The translations under genes were made by a program, and so were the position numbers. The notes beneath the pieces are model-generated. The model saw only the letters and a program-made list of their open reading frames with translations, ran no database searches and had not been told where the DNA came from. A stretch of DNA of 63,943 nucleotides, filler included, from Sphacelaria rigidula (lineage: Eukaryota): the NCBI GenBank assembly GCA_964200075.2. It is 8 parts of 8 records of this genome, joined end to end, with 100 filler letters (N's around TTAATTAATTAA, not from the genome) between each part and the next. Parts side by side here need not be neighbours in the genome. Positions count along the whole stretch, not along the records: positions 8,007 to 15,912 come from CAXNAA020013021.1; positions 16,013 to 23,918 come from CAXNAA020013022.1; positions 24,019 to 31,923 come from CAXNAA020013023.1; 5 more parts are not named here. One strand, given 5' to 3'. Every line of letters starts with the position of its first letter. Positions within the stretch are counted from its first letter, which is position 1. Below, piece by piece: positions 10,331 to 24,075 of this stretch.

Positions 10331-13300
10331 GAGCCATATGCAGGCCTGGAGACTGCAAGAGCCCGCGTGAAAATCCCGACAAGATCTTCCTCACTAAAAC
10401 CAAGTGCTTTGATTTTTTATCGCCGAGTTGAGGTATAAGCTCCACTGTCGCGCGAATGCCGTATCTTGATTACAGTAGTATGCTCAGAACTATACTACAC
10501 AAATATATGCTTTCCGCCACAGGGGTACAAACTTGAAGTGAAGAAAGACGGAAGTTGACGATGGCGGTATGGCGTCACCAAGGCCAGCTCAAGACGAGAG
10601 CAGCTCGCCCTCTCTCTGTGCCTTGTCGTGCTTCGGTATCGACTTGCCTGTCTGTACTGTGCGGTACGGTTGGGTAAGGTACGGTGCTGATCGCAGGGAG
10701 AGTCAAACAAGACAGCGTGTCATTGTAACCGTGCCAGATCTTCCATCCGATTCAAAGATGCAGCAATTCTTGCAGTGGTCGTTGGTCCGACGACTCCTCA
10801 CAAGTACTGGTATACATAAAAGACGCCGGAAGGAAACACGGATCGGCACCTACACACTGCTGCCCCCCCCCCGGTAGCGTCCACAGATTCCCACCCACTC
10901 ACGCACATCATCATCTCCCGCGCGAGCCCTTGCTCCATTACACACAGCAGGCACATTGGTTTCACCAAGGGTGCATGAAAAAAAAAAATCAAAAACACGT
11001 ACGAGCTGGGCCAGCCAAGAAGAGTAGGTGTGTTAATCTCGCTCAGGCGACGCACGGCGCGATATTAGGAGTTGGACGCTGAGATTTTGACAGCATACCT
11101 TTTTATGATCGAATTCAGAAGATCACGGGACCAGCAAAGAAAAAAGGAAGAACAAATAAAGTTATGTGGGCATTTGAAATTTTAGCAAAAACAAGATAAT
11201 GTCATAAGTCAAGCAAAAAAAGGAGAATCTTCAGCTGGATCCGTCAAGTATCAGTTCCTTGGGTGCAGAAGGTCTTCCTGAAATTTCAGCTCAAGAGTCG
11301 TCGACTTGGGACGTGCTTTCAACATTATTTTCCGTGACGCTGCTGCACCCCTATAAATCAAGTAATGGGAGACTCTAATTACTGAGGTCATGAGTTCGAA
11401 TCCCGACAGACTCTCTTTTTTTTTCGTCCCATAGCACAGTTGTGCAAAATTTCAGAACCTAACTCCTTAAAACGGCGTGAGGCTTTCCGCTTTTGCGCGA
11501 TGAACTTTGACGTGCCGCGGTGAAACCGCAAAGTACTTGATTGTAGTGCGAAAACGGCGTTTTTTGCCCTTTTTTTACGTAAATAGGAAAATTCAAGCAT
11601 CATCAGTGAACCGAGTTTTGCGACGAAATTTCGTGGGGGCTTTTCTTGGGCAATGCGGCGACAGCTCGTTTACAATATATATACACATATATATATCGCA
11701 GTGCCGGTTTTCCGGGGTTCCAGAATGGAGATTACTTCGAAAAACGACTTGGATACCGACAGACCCCCGACAAACGGTGAAAAACTCAAGGAGTAAAATC
11801 GCATCGGTCATGGAAAGTTGAGTAATGATACATAGCATATATGTGCAACTTTTGAGGATCTAACTCCTACAATTAAGACGTGAAGGTTCGCGCGTTTGTG
11901 GAGGACGTGGACGTGGGCTTGAAACGTGCAACTCCTAACTACTTGGTTTGAGTATCGAAACGTCTCTTCGGGGGAATTTTACGTCAGTATGAGGTTTTCG
12001 ACAGACTCTCTTCGGGTGGCAAGAAAAAGGTGTATGAGGTTTTCGATTTTCTCCACCAAACTTTATACCTACATGTGTTCCTTGGACTATCCAGGGACGC
12101 ATCATTGTATTATCTTTCTTTTGGGACATTTTGTACCGCCATCCGGGGGTATTCATACTGGGACCCCCGGAAGGCGGTACATAACTGAGAAATCATTAAA
12201 TAAATACTGTCAAGAGTACAATTTTCCCATATGGATCAATGCCTACGGGACTGCCACGTTTGAGGGCGATCTGAGCTTTTCTACAACAGATAGATATAGG
12301 GGACACCGTCAGGAGGCTCTCTGGGTCTTTCGTGCATATCATGAATGGAAATTAGACTACGCCAACACCCGACATCACCGAAACATCACGGTTTCGGGTA
12401 AAACTCCACCCCCGTGGTAACCGTTTAAAAGTACATTTTTCATTAGATTCCCGAGCCGATGACGGTTACTGCGATTTGAAGCATGTGGAGATTGGGAGAG
12501 AACTGGGCTTGGAATTCGTAATTTTGATTTCGGAACAATTTGACGGGCGCTGATTGGTCGATATACTTTTTCGCCCTTAGCGCAACCAATATGGTCTTAC
12601 TCACAAATCCGGCTATGTCACGTTCTTCAGCTGTCCATGGCGGTCAGTATGATACCATGTATAACAACGTTTTCGTAAAATTGAGAGTTGAAGGTACGAT
12701 TGAGAGTGAAAAGCAGTCAATTGGTGAATAAGCCGTTTCAGTTCCGAAATGCGCCTCCACCAGGCCCAATATTCTCTCCGTAGTAGCTTGCCACTGAGGC
12801 CCTCGATGCCCCCGAGTAGGATATCAACGTGTAGCTGCAAGCACATGGCAGTGATGAGACGACGGAAAGCACACACGGAATGAAAAGTTGGCCAAGTTAA
12901 AGCGAATGATCAAAGCGACTCTTAATCCGCACCCAACTCTCAATCTCACGAAAACCTTGTTGTATGCGACTATTGGGTAGTCATTGCGAAAGGTATTTGT
13001 TGATGACACAATTTTGAGTGATGAGCGTGAACCGGCCTGTACAGGGGACTCATTTATCGTAGATAACTTTCTCCAGGAGGCTAGTTCCTTTTCCGATGGG
13101 TACCAGGGTGATGAGTTGTCATCCAAAATTCACCGTACATGACCGTAATGGCTGTATACCGTGGTGAACGTGACCAAACTCAAGGACATACCGGAGTGAG
13201 CCTTGCTTTTGTTTTACTTTTTATGAATTCACAAATTTCATCATTTATTTTTATCGTCTTTGCTTGATTTTTTTTTGCTTTATCTATACTTTTATTTGTG

Positions 13301-14029
13301 ATTTTATATTTGGTTTCTTCATTCATCTTTCCATTTCTTCTCTTTTCTTCTTATTTTTTTAACCCACCGTGTTACACCAGACCATCTATTATGGCAGTCA
13401 TCAATCTCGATTTTCCGAGGAAAAAATCAATTCGGTGAACACATTTTATGGACACCGATTTGGACCGAATCGAGGGAGAAAAATTCGGGGTGTCCCGATC
13501 TCAGAACGATTTCTCCACTTTTTCCAAGATCGTGAACCCCCCTGATTCTTTTGAGGTGACGTACATGCATTGACGTACAGTGGTGGGGTACGAGGCGTTT
13601 GATATATTTGCAACTGCAGCAGAAGACCGTCTCGTGACAGCGCAGGGCGTGCCTGCCCGCGCCAGCTGCTGAGGCAACTTCGCGCAGCGTGTGACATGCC
13701 GATCAGAACTGTTGGCGCTGTACCCTACGGCGATGGTAATATTTTATGTTGCACTGCGCTGCCATATTTGTCACTGTTGTATAACGAACGGTACTACTAC
13801 TGTACTCTCCCCTCTGGTGTGTGTCTGTATCTACTCTGCCGCCCTGATCCCCTTGGGCCTTTTCCTTCTTTTTTTTTTCCATCGTTTCATTGTATTTTAC
13901 TTTATTTGCTTTGTACTTTCCTCTTATTTTCCTTTTTCTTGTTTTAGGTCGGCCATTTCTTTCTGTGCTTTGCTTGTATTGTTACTTTTTTTTGTCACGA
14001 CTTAGTCTGCTATGTCGTCCTGTTCGATA

Positions 14030-14033
<4 letters not shown>

Positions 14034-14083
<50 letters not shown>

Positions 14084-14236
14084 CTTTGTTTTTTTTGTTG
14101 TCCTGTTCGATTCCTCTTTTTTTTTTTCTTCTGTTCCTTTTTTTTTCTCTCCTTGAAGCGTGTTTGAGTTTCGTTTTTGTCGGGTACGTCTATCATGAGA
14201 CCACGGCTGGACCCCTGGGGGGTCAGTTAAAGTGCG

Positions 14237-14277
<41 letters not shown>
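14034..14277. repeat. Poly-T tract and (CAAT)n microsatellite
   Basis: ~49-nt T run from 14034; (CAAT)10 at ~14238-14277. Confidence 0.9.
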
Positions 14278-14278
<1 letters not shown>

Positions 14279-14426
14279 TCCTACTCTACTGTTGTCGCTG
14301 TGCTTGCAGGGTGATGTATAGCACCGCATGCACCACTGAACTCTCCTCGCGCACTGTCTGTTCACTGTTCTCGCAATACCGACTGTGCTATCATGTACTA
14401 CCACATGGCATTATCATGTAATGATG

Positions 14427-14794
14427 CACACGCGGCCATTCGGCTACCCCCAAAAATACTCTGTTCCGGTCAACTTTTCGAGCCTCCAGAGAAATCAAAC
14501 GCCTCCAGAGGGATGGGATCATACGCCTCCAGAGGCGTGTTTTGCCTCTGGGGGGCCGCGCATCTCTCCGGAGGAATTTGGATATTGCGCGGCCCTCTAC
14601 AGCACCATCTTTGTTGTTACTCTCGACGGATCCAGACCTAAGAAGTCACTGGAGCATCAGATACCCTCCAGAGGATTCGCTTATGACCGCACCTGGGGAT
14701 GAAATACCTGATATTAATAGAGGGTATCTCACCCTCGAGAGGATGAAAATCGCGATAGAGGATTTTAATGGGGACAGCCGAATGGCCGCGTGTG
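14427..14794. mobile_element. MITE with CACACGCGGCCATTCGGCT terminal inverted repeats
   Basis: 19-bp perfect TIR, internal CCTCCAGAGG repeats, TG on both flanks; related copies at 4702-4821 and a left end at 46110. Confidence 0.75.
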
Positions 14795-16464
14795 TGGAGT
14801 GTCCTGCACTGTATTCCCGTTGGGTACCAAGGTACGGCACTGTACTCGGAGGATTATTCACCGCCCGCCTGCTCTTCAGCTGCATACGATTACGCAGTAC
14901 CACACTTATGCTGAAAATGACTGTCTGTGTACAGAACCTTTACATAATTCTGTGATACTGTCTGTCATAAAACGGTCCCCCCGATTTTTCATATTCGAGG
15001 TCTCAAAAACATGACAATGCGTTGCCATAGCAGTCGGTCTCATCTGTTCGATTTTTTATTTCCTTAGTTTCTTTTCTTCATTTGTTTCTATTTCTCTCTT
15101 CTTACATTTTTTTTTCTCATTTCATCTTTTTTGTTTTTTTTCACATATTCATTTTCTTATATTTTCTACACTGTTCTTTTAAATTCCTTTTGTTCATTCA
15201 CGCTATTTTGATCTATTTTTTGTTCGAATGTCTACACCTGCGTATCAGGGGGGATACATGGATCGTATGCTACCCCCCACACATATCACCAGGGGGGTGG
15301 GGTACCTCACCTCCGACACCGCCTCATTTTGTGAGGGATTCAGTATAGGATCGATCTTATAGGAGTTTGTATTACGTTTGGGAGGGGGCGGGCGGGGGGG
15401 AGGGGATGGTGGTCTAGTGCCCAATCCCCCCCCATGAGAGGTCTGGAATAAAAAGAAAAACTGGGTATGTGGGTGCGATATTTTTTCCGTGCACCCTTGG
15501 TTTAACGGACTTCCGCATTCGGCAATGAGGGAAGAGTGATGCTATGACAGGAGGGAGGGTGCTTGATTCCACGAAAAATAGGGACTCACAGGTAGGTGTG
15601 TCAGGCTAGCTAATTGCTGGCGGTGCGTTTGTGTGAGGTTGAAAACGGTGTCAAGTGGTATGGATGGATGGAGTGTATCGTATTGGCAACAAGCGCGTTC
15701 GAACAAACGTTGCCGCTGCTTTCATCGACGATTTTGGAGGCAGAATTTTGTGGAAAAAATGACCCGAAATCCCCTCCCCCCCCACCACCATATCATGATG
15801 ACGCACCCATGAGGCAGTGTATAAGCCGTTGCTGTCTCTGGAAGTGGCGATACCACAGAATAGAGCAACTCATTGGAAGCTGTCATCCAAACGTAAGATA
15901 ATCAGTAGGCTTNNNNNNNNNNNNNNNNNNNNNNNNNNNNNNNNNNNNNNNNNNNNTTAATTAATTAANNNNNNNNNNNNNNNNNNNNNNNNNNNNNNNN
16001 NNNNNNNNNNNNTATGACTATGGCATGCAAGATCATGAGTACACCCCCCCCCGCTATCGTGCTCCGTCTCGAAAGGGATGCCTGGTCAATGGTTACTTGA
16101 CTAAGGTAAGCAACAAATGAGTACGCCCCCCCCCTCCTCCTCCTATCGTAGGATATCAGAAAATAAAGCAACTCATTGTAGGCTGCCATCCATATGCAAT
16201 AAAATCAGTAGGCTCCAGGCCGAACAATATCTGAGCAGGATGCAGCTCACCCTTCATGCGACTCGCCTGATATACCACAGCGCTTCGCGCCTTGTTATTG
16301 AGGGCGAGTCTGGTCCGGCGAAAACCCGGCGTGCTCCGTCCCGGCTTTGTAGGGATGCGAGGCCAATAGTCTTACGACTATGGCATGCATGATCATGAGT
16401 ACACCCCTATCGTAGGAGGGGTATGAATACGTTACATGGAGACCTGTCACATGTCTCATACACC

Positions 16465-17110
16465 TCTCGTTTCGCCGTCTGTGGCCACCATCCATCTCCT
16501 GGTACAGTGATCGTTCTCTTGTGACTATCTCAAGTGCCAAACGATCCGCATCCCGTTCCCTCTCGTATAATTTACATTTTGCCACTACATAAGTTCTGCT
16601 TCGAAGTACTCCCGATTGCTTTGTCACGGGGGCAATTTTGTGCATCTACTTTTCCACACGAAAACTGATATACCTCTTCTTTTTCTTATTTCTGGCAGGC
16701 CCAGGTGCCCCACCCGATATCGTAGTGATAATTTTCTCGAGGACTTCACCGGGCCATTCATACTGTACGAGGATATATCCATGCCTTCATCCCCTTCCTC
16801 CCCCTCAGCCCCCCGTATAGCTTCAGGTGCTCCTCCTCGTCCACTTTCCGTTTTGGCGCTTGCTCTTCTCCTATTCCTAGCACGTCCCTTCCTCTTTCCT
16901 TGCACCCCCCCACATTCAGTCATGGCCGTCATCTCGTGATGGTTTGTTTCCTCCTATGCCCACCCATACTTTCTCGACTACGCTGTTCCACCTTATTCCA
17001 GCCTGCCCTTCCGCCACTCTATTTCATACAGCGCTGTCAACTATGGCTTTAAAGGTCTTCATTGGCATGTTCCGTACGTTGCATCGCCATTTCGTCTCCA
17101 TTTTCCAGTA
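16465..17110 (-). mobile_element. Same LINE, 3' part of ORF2 (post-RT region and decayed Cys/His region)
   Basis: KWRCNVRNMP...AGIRWNSVVEKVW...MNGPVKSSRKLSLRYRVGHLGLPE...SRTYVVAKC reads as the continuation of the 18766-19300 fragment. Confidence 0.7.
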
Positions 17111-17114
17111 CCTT

Positions 17115-18765
17115 CTGTGCGGAAGAAAAATATTCGTGTTCCGGGATACGACCTTGATTTTGTTTCATGGGGTTATGACATTCTATAATTTTGTGCCGAA
17201 AAATTCGAATGACCATAAATTTCTACCCTAGCTTTGTTTCCTAATTCCGCACTACACACTGCGTCTTGATAGACACATCGGACGAATCAGATCGTGCCAG
17301 ATCCGGGTCGGCTCATTTGGGGCGTAGATCGTGACATGATCGACATGTTCTGTCACCTTCGAGCGTTATTCCGATGGAGATCTGGAGCATCCGTTTGACC
17401 TGTAGACATTCGCTGACCGACGAGCTGTACAACCCGCTTCACACACACACACACACATTTCAATGTAGACCTGATCGGTAGAACTGTCATTTGTACACAC
17501 ATCACATGATTGTCATCTATATACCTTGGCTCAGTCAAAGGCAGCAGCTTCTTCTCGTGGACCCATGTGATTGGAATCTCCTGTATACCAAACGCTGCCT
17601 CCTACCTGTGAAATCCGAATCCAGTATACAAAAATCCAGTTTCCCGAACCGGTAAGATCCGAGTCCAGTAAACAAGAAACAGTATCAAGAATTCCTCATC
17701 TGCTAAACTGTATGACCCGGGTACATGTTGCATGTTGACAATACCGAAGGTTGGCTGTAACAACCCGGGCACATGGAACATGAAGTTGATGCCCCAGCGA
17801 CTTCCTCAAGGTACAAATATCCGTACACATATATGTGTCCTGCACGATTGACTGGTGGAATGTGTGAATACCCCCGTGGTACTTCTTCACTTCCGTAGCA
17901 ATATCAGTAGTAGTGAGCAATAATGGTCGTGATTTGCGCAGATGAGACGTATGATCAGTTGCTCCAGCGGCAGTATGGACGATTGTTTTCGTATGTCCTC
18001 GTGCAGGGTGCGCACTAATGTGCGGCTGGAAACACTAGGGTCGCTATTGTTCTATGCTCAATCAACATATCATGACGCTGTTCGGTCGGCGTCCGACAAC
18101 AGCTTACGGGGAAAAGCCATCGACTTGTATTTATTGCCGGCCTTGATAAAGCACGGGTGCTCCCGCCAGCTCGCCCGACGACCAGCCGCACGATATTTAC
18201 CATCTGCGAGTGATTTCATATCAGCATAACCCGTTTGACCTGCACACATTTTTCAGCTGGTGACCTGAAGAACCTTATTGTACTGCACACGTGGCTTGAT
18301 GCACGATCTGCATGACCCGTGCGATACAAGCTCGCTCGATGGTGATCTATTCGACCCGAGTTGCTTGTTTTAGGGTTTCCATGATTGATTTGTTTACTCC
18401 GTTTGATCCTTAAATCGCCTCCTCAGACACCCCGGTGTTATCTGAATCAGGTGTACTCAAAATGCCGGTAACAACCCTTGATACCCTTATGACTCGTACA
18501 AGACGCCTGCCTCGTAATCGATGATACCCGCAACACGGGGACCATTTCATAGCAAGTTTGTTATCTGAATCAGGTGTACGGGGATCATTTCATAACAAGT
18601 TGTACTGTGTCATCCGAATCGTGTATACAAACGTGTTCACACTCTACCTGTATGACCCGGGTGACACAGACAATAATCAGTCGTGTAAAAAATATCGTAT
18701 CAAAATTTCAGCGCCCAACTCCTCAAATTCAGCCCTGAAGAAAAACAAAATGTTGGCCAGCACAG
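17115..18765. mobile_element. ~1.65-kb non-coding insertion interrupting the LINE
   Basis: Lies exactly between the two LINE halves; ends are CTGTGC...GCACAG (6-bp inverted termini); internal direct repeats such as GTTATCTGAATCAGGTGTAC x2; no clean TSD. Confidence 0.5.
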
Positions 18766-19300
18766 CTCGTAATAGTTCCAAATGAGTATATTCCCAATTC
18801 TACTCTCAACACTGTATTACTCGTCGTTTTTGAGAATGCAACGCACTTTCTCAGCTGCTGCTATCTGTACTGTTTCCAGCTGCTTCACCAATTTCGCATT
18901 TTCTTTCCACATTCCTCCTGCGTATTCCAGCTTCGGGACGGTCGTGTTCATCGGAATACACCCCTCAATCCTTGCTTCGAGGTGCGAGTCTCTCAGGATC
19001 ACGTTCGCCACGTGTGCTTTATCGTTTACTTTTACTGTACCTATTTCTGCATCCCCAGAACGCCTTCTGGTATACTGGTCTACGATCGCCAATTCCCCAT
19101 CTCCCCATTTCCATTTGAACTCCATCGGATTCTCCTTGTCTTCGAAACAAACGCGTACCGTGCATTTGTCACGTTCGCTGTCACTCTTCACCTCCTAGTG
19201 TATTTTAGCGTCTCGCGTATTTGATTCTGCAATCTTTCTGGTGTTGCTGATATTTCCACGGAATCATCCGCGAACATCAATCCCGATATCGTCTGGGGGG
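18766..19300 (-). mobile_element. Non-LTR retrotransposon (LINE) relic, RT C-terminal part
   Basis: SGLMFADDSVEISATPERLQNQI (RT catalytic xADD), followed across frameshifts by FKWKWGDGELAIVDQYT...VPKLEYAGGMW...TTSNTVLRVELG. Confidence 0.85.
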
Positions 19301-20039
19301 ATGTTTCAAGGTCGAAACACCTGTGTATGTGTGGGTGTGTACAAGACGGGATGTCGACTTGGTACACAGCACGACTCCAGAGCCACCTACAAAAGAAGGC
19401 ATGGACTCTCGTTTCAGCTGCGGGTGTGCTTTGTGACACATGAGCCACGGATACACTGAGTGACATGATTTCAGTCTTGCTGCATTGATGCCGTGTGTGA
19501 CAACATTTTGATTCAGAAAACTCTAACTTATTCCATAGTCTGCCGCTGCTTAGGTGCGCCTCAAAAATGGGGGAGGTAGTAGCTCGTAAATGCAACAGTT
19601 TCCACACTTTCTCGCGTATTCGCCAGTGCATTAGTGTTGAAGGGGTCAACTTCGAGACCATTGTTTGAGCGCGGTATATGTCAGAGCCAGCGCCAATGTA
19701 GCCTACAGTCAAGTCGAGTCGTTAATGTTTCTTCCATACCACACGCGAAGATGAGACTTTTCACGACGCTCGGCATATGGCACCGTTGAAATGGTCGGTG
19801 TATATTTGCACCGCATTTTCGGAACTTTGGACAAGCGATCATCCTCGGTATACTGACGGCGCACGTGCGATGGAGCACCGTTGCCTTCAAACGGAGTCGA
19901 ATGAATGGTGGGGTCTGGGGCCTTGCTGTCACCCAAGGCGATTCAGTTCCAGTTCCGACATGTACTTGGTGAAAACTGCCGACTCCATCTTGGTTTTGTT
20001 TTTTTTGCCTTTCTTCTTCCGGCGATCGAAACTGCAAAG

Positions 20040-21250
20040 TTGATCAAATGGTTGGTGAGCAGCCTTTACTCCGGCGTCAGGTTTTGGTGTTCCGCGCAGG
20101 GGTTGTGTAATATTCGTAGATACACGCCATATCCTGGGATCTAGCCACAACGACGTGTACGGTTTCACCACAGAAACGGTGAACGGGATCGGAGACGGTA
20201 AAGTGCTCGGTTGTTACGTGACAGCGCCAACTCGGCATGACACTGTTGGAATGGTCGACGTCGAAAGCGCTACCCCTACAGGTAAACTAGTTGCGTATCG
20301 CTTTCACCACGTGCTCTTCTACAGGGAACTAGTTGCGCACGTATCAACCCAGTAGATTGGAGTACTATACCTTAAATTCGGTATGGGCAGATGAAGTAGG
20401 AAATTGTAGCACTCTCCTTCAACGGTTGATGTTTACTACGCGAGAAAACGCGATGGTACGGTTACACGGGGGCCCTCTTACCTCCTCCCTTCTCAACCCT
20501 GCCTTCATGCTCGTCACCGGCTGCCCGTTTGGATCCGCTAGCACGGTCCATGATGACGCACTCGGTGTTGTACTTTTGACGTCTGTGATGCGAAGGACCT
20601 GGGATACTCCTCGTGATTGCAATCTCTTGTGTGATGGCTTCCCCGTTTGCACCTTACAAGTACAGCAAATGGCCAACGGGGTGGGTCGTCGAGGCCGGGT
20701 CAACACAACACGGAATTATGGTGATGTCGCAGCGTATACGGCAAAAATAAAGCTCAAGTGTAGAGTTGGAAATATCGGAAATGTCAGTTCATGGCGACCT
20801 ACTGTAGTGCCCAGCGAGATATATGATGATTCGACAAAGATCCGATGGTTTGTAACAGACGCCGAACAAGTCACTGAAACGTGCAGTTGTTGATCCTGTT
20901 TTCGTACAAGGCATGCTCAAGGCCACGCCGCCTCCACGAATGAACGAATGGCCGTGAAACAAATGCTGATGTGTGTACATGAACAAGACTTTGCGGTTGA
21001 TACAGCGATACGGCTGGGTGGCATATGTCTGTGCGTATCGGTTTGGGCTCTCTCGATTCGGCGAGACACGTTTCAGTCAGAATCGTCGAGCTGCCTGTTC
21101 AACTGTTCAGAGCTGCTCAGACCTTCGTCCGCTGCAAGACGCAACCATATGGCGAAAAATCTTGTCTTCTTGATTGGACCACCCTCGAACAAGCTGCTTG
21201 CGGTGCTGGCACGCTGCGGTTGCCGAAGGATCAAATGTCAGTCAGTCCAC
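20040..21250 (+). mobile_element. Highly degenerate Ty1/Copia RT-RNaseH relic
   Basis: Broken motifs in Copia order: KWLV, (G)YTPYPGI..HNDVY (GYxQxPGID-like), MVDVESAT..GKL (MDVxSAFLxGxL-like), later YSD-like; many stops and frameshifts. Confidence 0.45.
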
Positions 21251-24018
21251 ATGTGCGATATTCTTATGAGAGTTGCGAATTATTCTGCATTTCACGTCAT
21301 GATTAGACGGAATTTTATGATATATCCCTACTGATGTCATATTTGCATCCTGTCTCAATTTTTTGCGTTACTTTTTTCGCGTCATATATCCCCTGTTTTT
21401 GTCATATATTCGTCATACCCTCAACATCGACTTACTCGTGTGAAAATTCACGGCCGAGTTTACAACCGAAAACTATCGCCCCCGTAAAAAGAAGACAGAT
21501 GCGGAAAAGGTACACGCACGTGGCCAGAGGTGTAACGGAGTTCTTTAGACCGTGAACGTTTCATCAACTTTTTCGTGACGGCACAAGCCATCGAGATGTC
21601 TCAAAACCCATGCATGGTCTTCACTCAATCCCATGACGAGAGCGCATCCCTCAATGTTGACTCAATTCAAAATTGTTAGTGTTCCACGGCACGGCATGAA
21701 GCACGGATATACTGGGCAGTGGTTAGTGTTCCAAAATGTTCCAAAAAGGAGCACTTCCGCCGTGAACTCCACGAAGCAAACAGACCTCCTGGCCAACGCC
21801 ATCATAACACCAGCCACAGTCATGTTTCCGCTTCACGTTCACAAATACCAGTAGCACGTGTTTAACGGAACCAAATCTTTGCAACTTCACCGTCCAGTCC
21901 AGAAGACATTACACCATCTTGTGAGTACAGTGTAGAGTAACATCTGTGCTGCGGTGTCTGTGCAAATGTTTTAGCAGAGGGCGATTTTGCTAAGTTTTGG
22001 TGCTAGCCACCGCCCATCACGGTGAACGATGAATCGGCTGACCGGTTATCGGGCGTCCTGCGACCTCACAGAGCCAGCTTCTGACTCTTTGGTGGTAGTG
22101 TAGCTCGATCGAACTGATCCCAACGTTCTCGTGGACAAAGGTATAAAACTGCTTCCTTGATTTTTTCTTGCTTTTCTTGAGGAGAAAGTTGAAAACGGTA
22201 TTTTTTTCGGACCGGCAACGGCCCATGATGCCCACCTCATGAACGGGGTCTCTACTCCGTATCGCCTCGACGACGCCAACTCGACAATGCTTTCCTCATA
22301 ATGACCTGCCTCCTTAGCCAACATCTGCCGATTCTAGCACTTTCCGAGTGCTGGCAACAAATAGCATTCGAAAACATTGGGAGAAAATAAACTCCCCACT
22401 ACGCTTTCGACGGTTTTCTGTCCATAAAAACGTTTTCCGGGTTTAGGCCATGGTGGACTCACGCTCGTGGCGGCTGAGTCGGAGTTTAGGGCATGACGGC
22501 AAGCCCATGGAGCCGATGATTCCCCAAGCCCCACAGCTAGCAGCTGGGTCTGGGTGGTGGGAATCCCGATGCATGTCCGAGTCACACACGCTCGCCAGGG
22601 TGCGCTGTATTGCCCGTAATCCACGAAGCAACTTTTTGGCCGTCAAACCTCCTTTCGGACGAGTATTACATATTGCGGGACCTCCTAGGCGCGGCGGCCA
22701 TAAATATTGCCAATATGTGCCATGCCGTTTGCAACCCACGTGAGCGTGTTGCAACGTGACTGCTGGCGCCATGAAGGTCCCGCGACTATACGACGTATTG
22801 TTCCGAGAGCAGATCCGATGGCCAACATCTTGCTACGATGCCTGTACCGCGAACAGTACATCGCACCATGAGTGGAGTGTGGGAGTCGGGCATGCGGATA
22901 CCGACCACCCCGGAACCCCACGCTGCGCAGACGTCAAGGTTTTTCATCCTCCCATCAACGCTATCGTAAGTGTCAAAATCGTCGGCGATTCCCTCATTGC
23001 GGACGCTGGGGCCCCGATGTACCTAAATCAGCATACATGCTGCACACGACCTCCAACTTTGGTACTCTCACGCAAAATAGCCCATGCGCGGCGCAAGTTT
23101 GTTGAATATCGTGTAGAAATATCATGACTTCAGACCAACACGAACCCTCCCCTTACTGGCATACCTATTTCTTCCCTGAACTCCTTTGAAGGGAGCTCAA
23201 GACAAAACAAACTTTTGCATTGTTCGGAAAAGTGATGTATAGAACAGGTAGGCATTCACAGTTTACTCCTCGCCACCGGTGGCCTACGGCGGCGAAGCCT
23301 TGACCGGCCCGGCTCGTAAATAACGAGGTGAACAATTTCAACAACTGCATGCCTATTGTTTCCGGCGAGACGCATCTATTGCATTGTGATCTGAATTGGC
23401 TTGAAACAACAGTTATTGATGAATGCGAGCAAAAACTAAACACCATTCAGGGGTAGGTATTGCATACAAGGACGTGTTCTGCAGGGTACGGGTATTACCG
23501 GCAGGGCATCGTTTTTTCACGGAGCTGGCGGGGAACAGTATGGGGACTGTGCAGCACTTGCAGAACGTGTGGGACATGGTATGAAGGTTGTGCAAAAATC
23601 TCTAACCAGCAACCTGGTATTTCTACAAGGGTTTAACCGTACGCCGGGTAAGGGTCATATTGCGTACAAATCGTACGAAACTGTCGGGTATCAATATGGT
23701 CAACTTCGGGAACTCACTAAACAACCGGGTGCAGGTAATACCCGGGAATATACCTCGCGGTGTACACAGGCTCGTATCCTACACACCATCATGAAGTTTG
23801 CGCAAAGTTATTTTCACGTTTTGTTTTGGTCTCCCCCCCCCCCCCCTCCACACTCAACAGCGCCATAGACTCCAGAACACGGTCCTGTGCCCCACGGCCA
23901 TCGGCAGGATAGAGGACTNNNNNNNNNNNNNNNNNNNNNNNNNNNNNNNNNNNNNNNNNNNNTTAATTAATTAANNNNNNNNNNNNNNNNNNNNNNNNNN
24001 NNNNNNNNNNNNNNNNNN

Positions 24019-24075
24019 ACAACTCAACCATCAAAAGGTTACGAGGTTACCAACTGAACCACCGGGGCGACCGGC
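24019..24075 (-). mobile_element. tRNA-derived SINE head (cut by contig end)
   Basis: GCCGGTCGCCCCGGTGGTTCAGTTGGTAACC contains a Pol III A box (TGGTTCAGTTGG) and shares its 5' end with the 50542 element. Confidence 0.6.

Noticed and set aside
11345..11425. Possible tRNA gene (GAGTTCGAATCCC B box), likewise 6190-6275 and 24019-24075
   Set aside because: No complete cloverleaf or acceptor stem; better explained as SINE heads
13691..14421. Hydrophobic and poly-K/poly-F ORFs
   Set aside because: Translations of T-rich low-complexity DNA and a poly-T tract
15810..16060. Repeat appears to continue collinearly across the linker between contigs 2 and 3
   Set aside because: The repeat is high-copy and commonly breaks contigs (contig 5 also ends in it); size-sorted order makes true contiguity unlikely
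22046..22624. Possible Gypsy RT N-terminus (WASWAVAGPKK)
   Set aside because: Only one weak motif with no supporting downstream RT motifs
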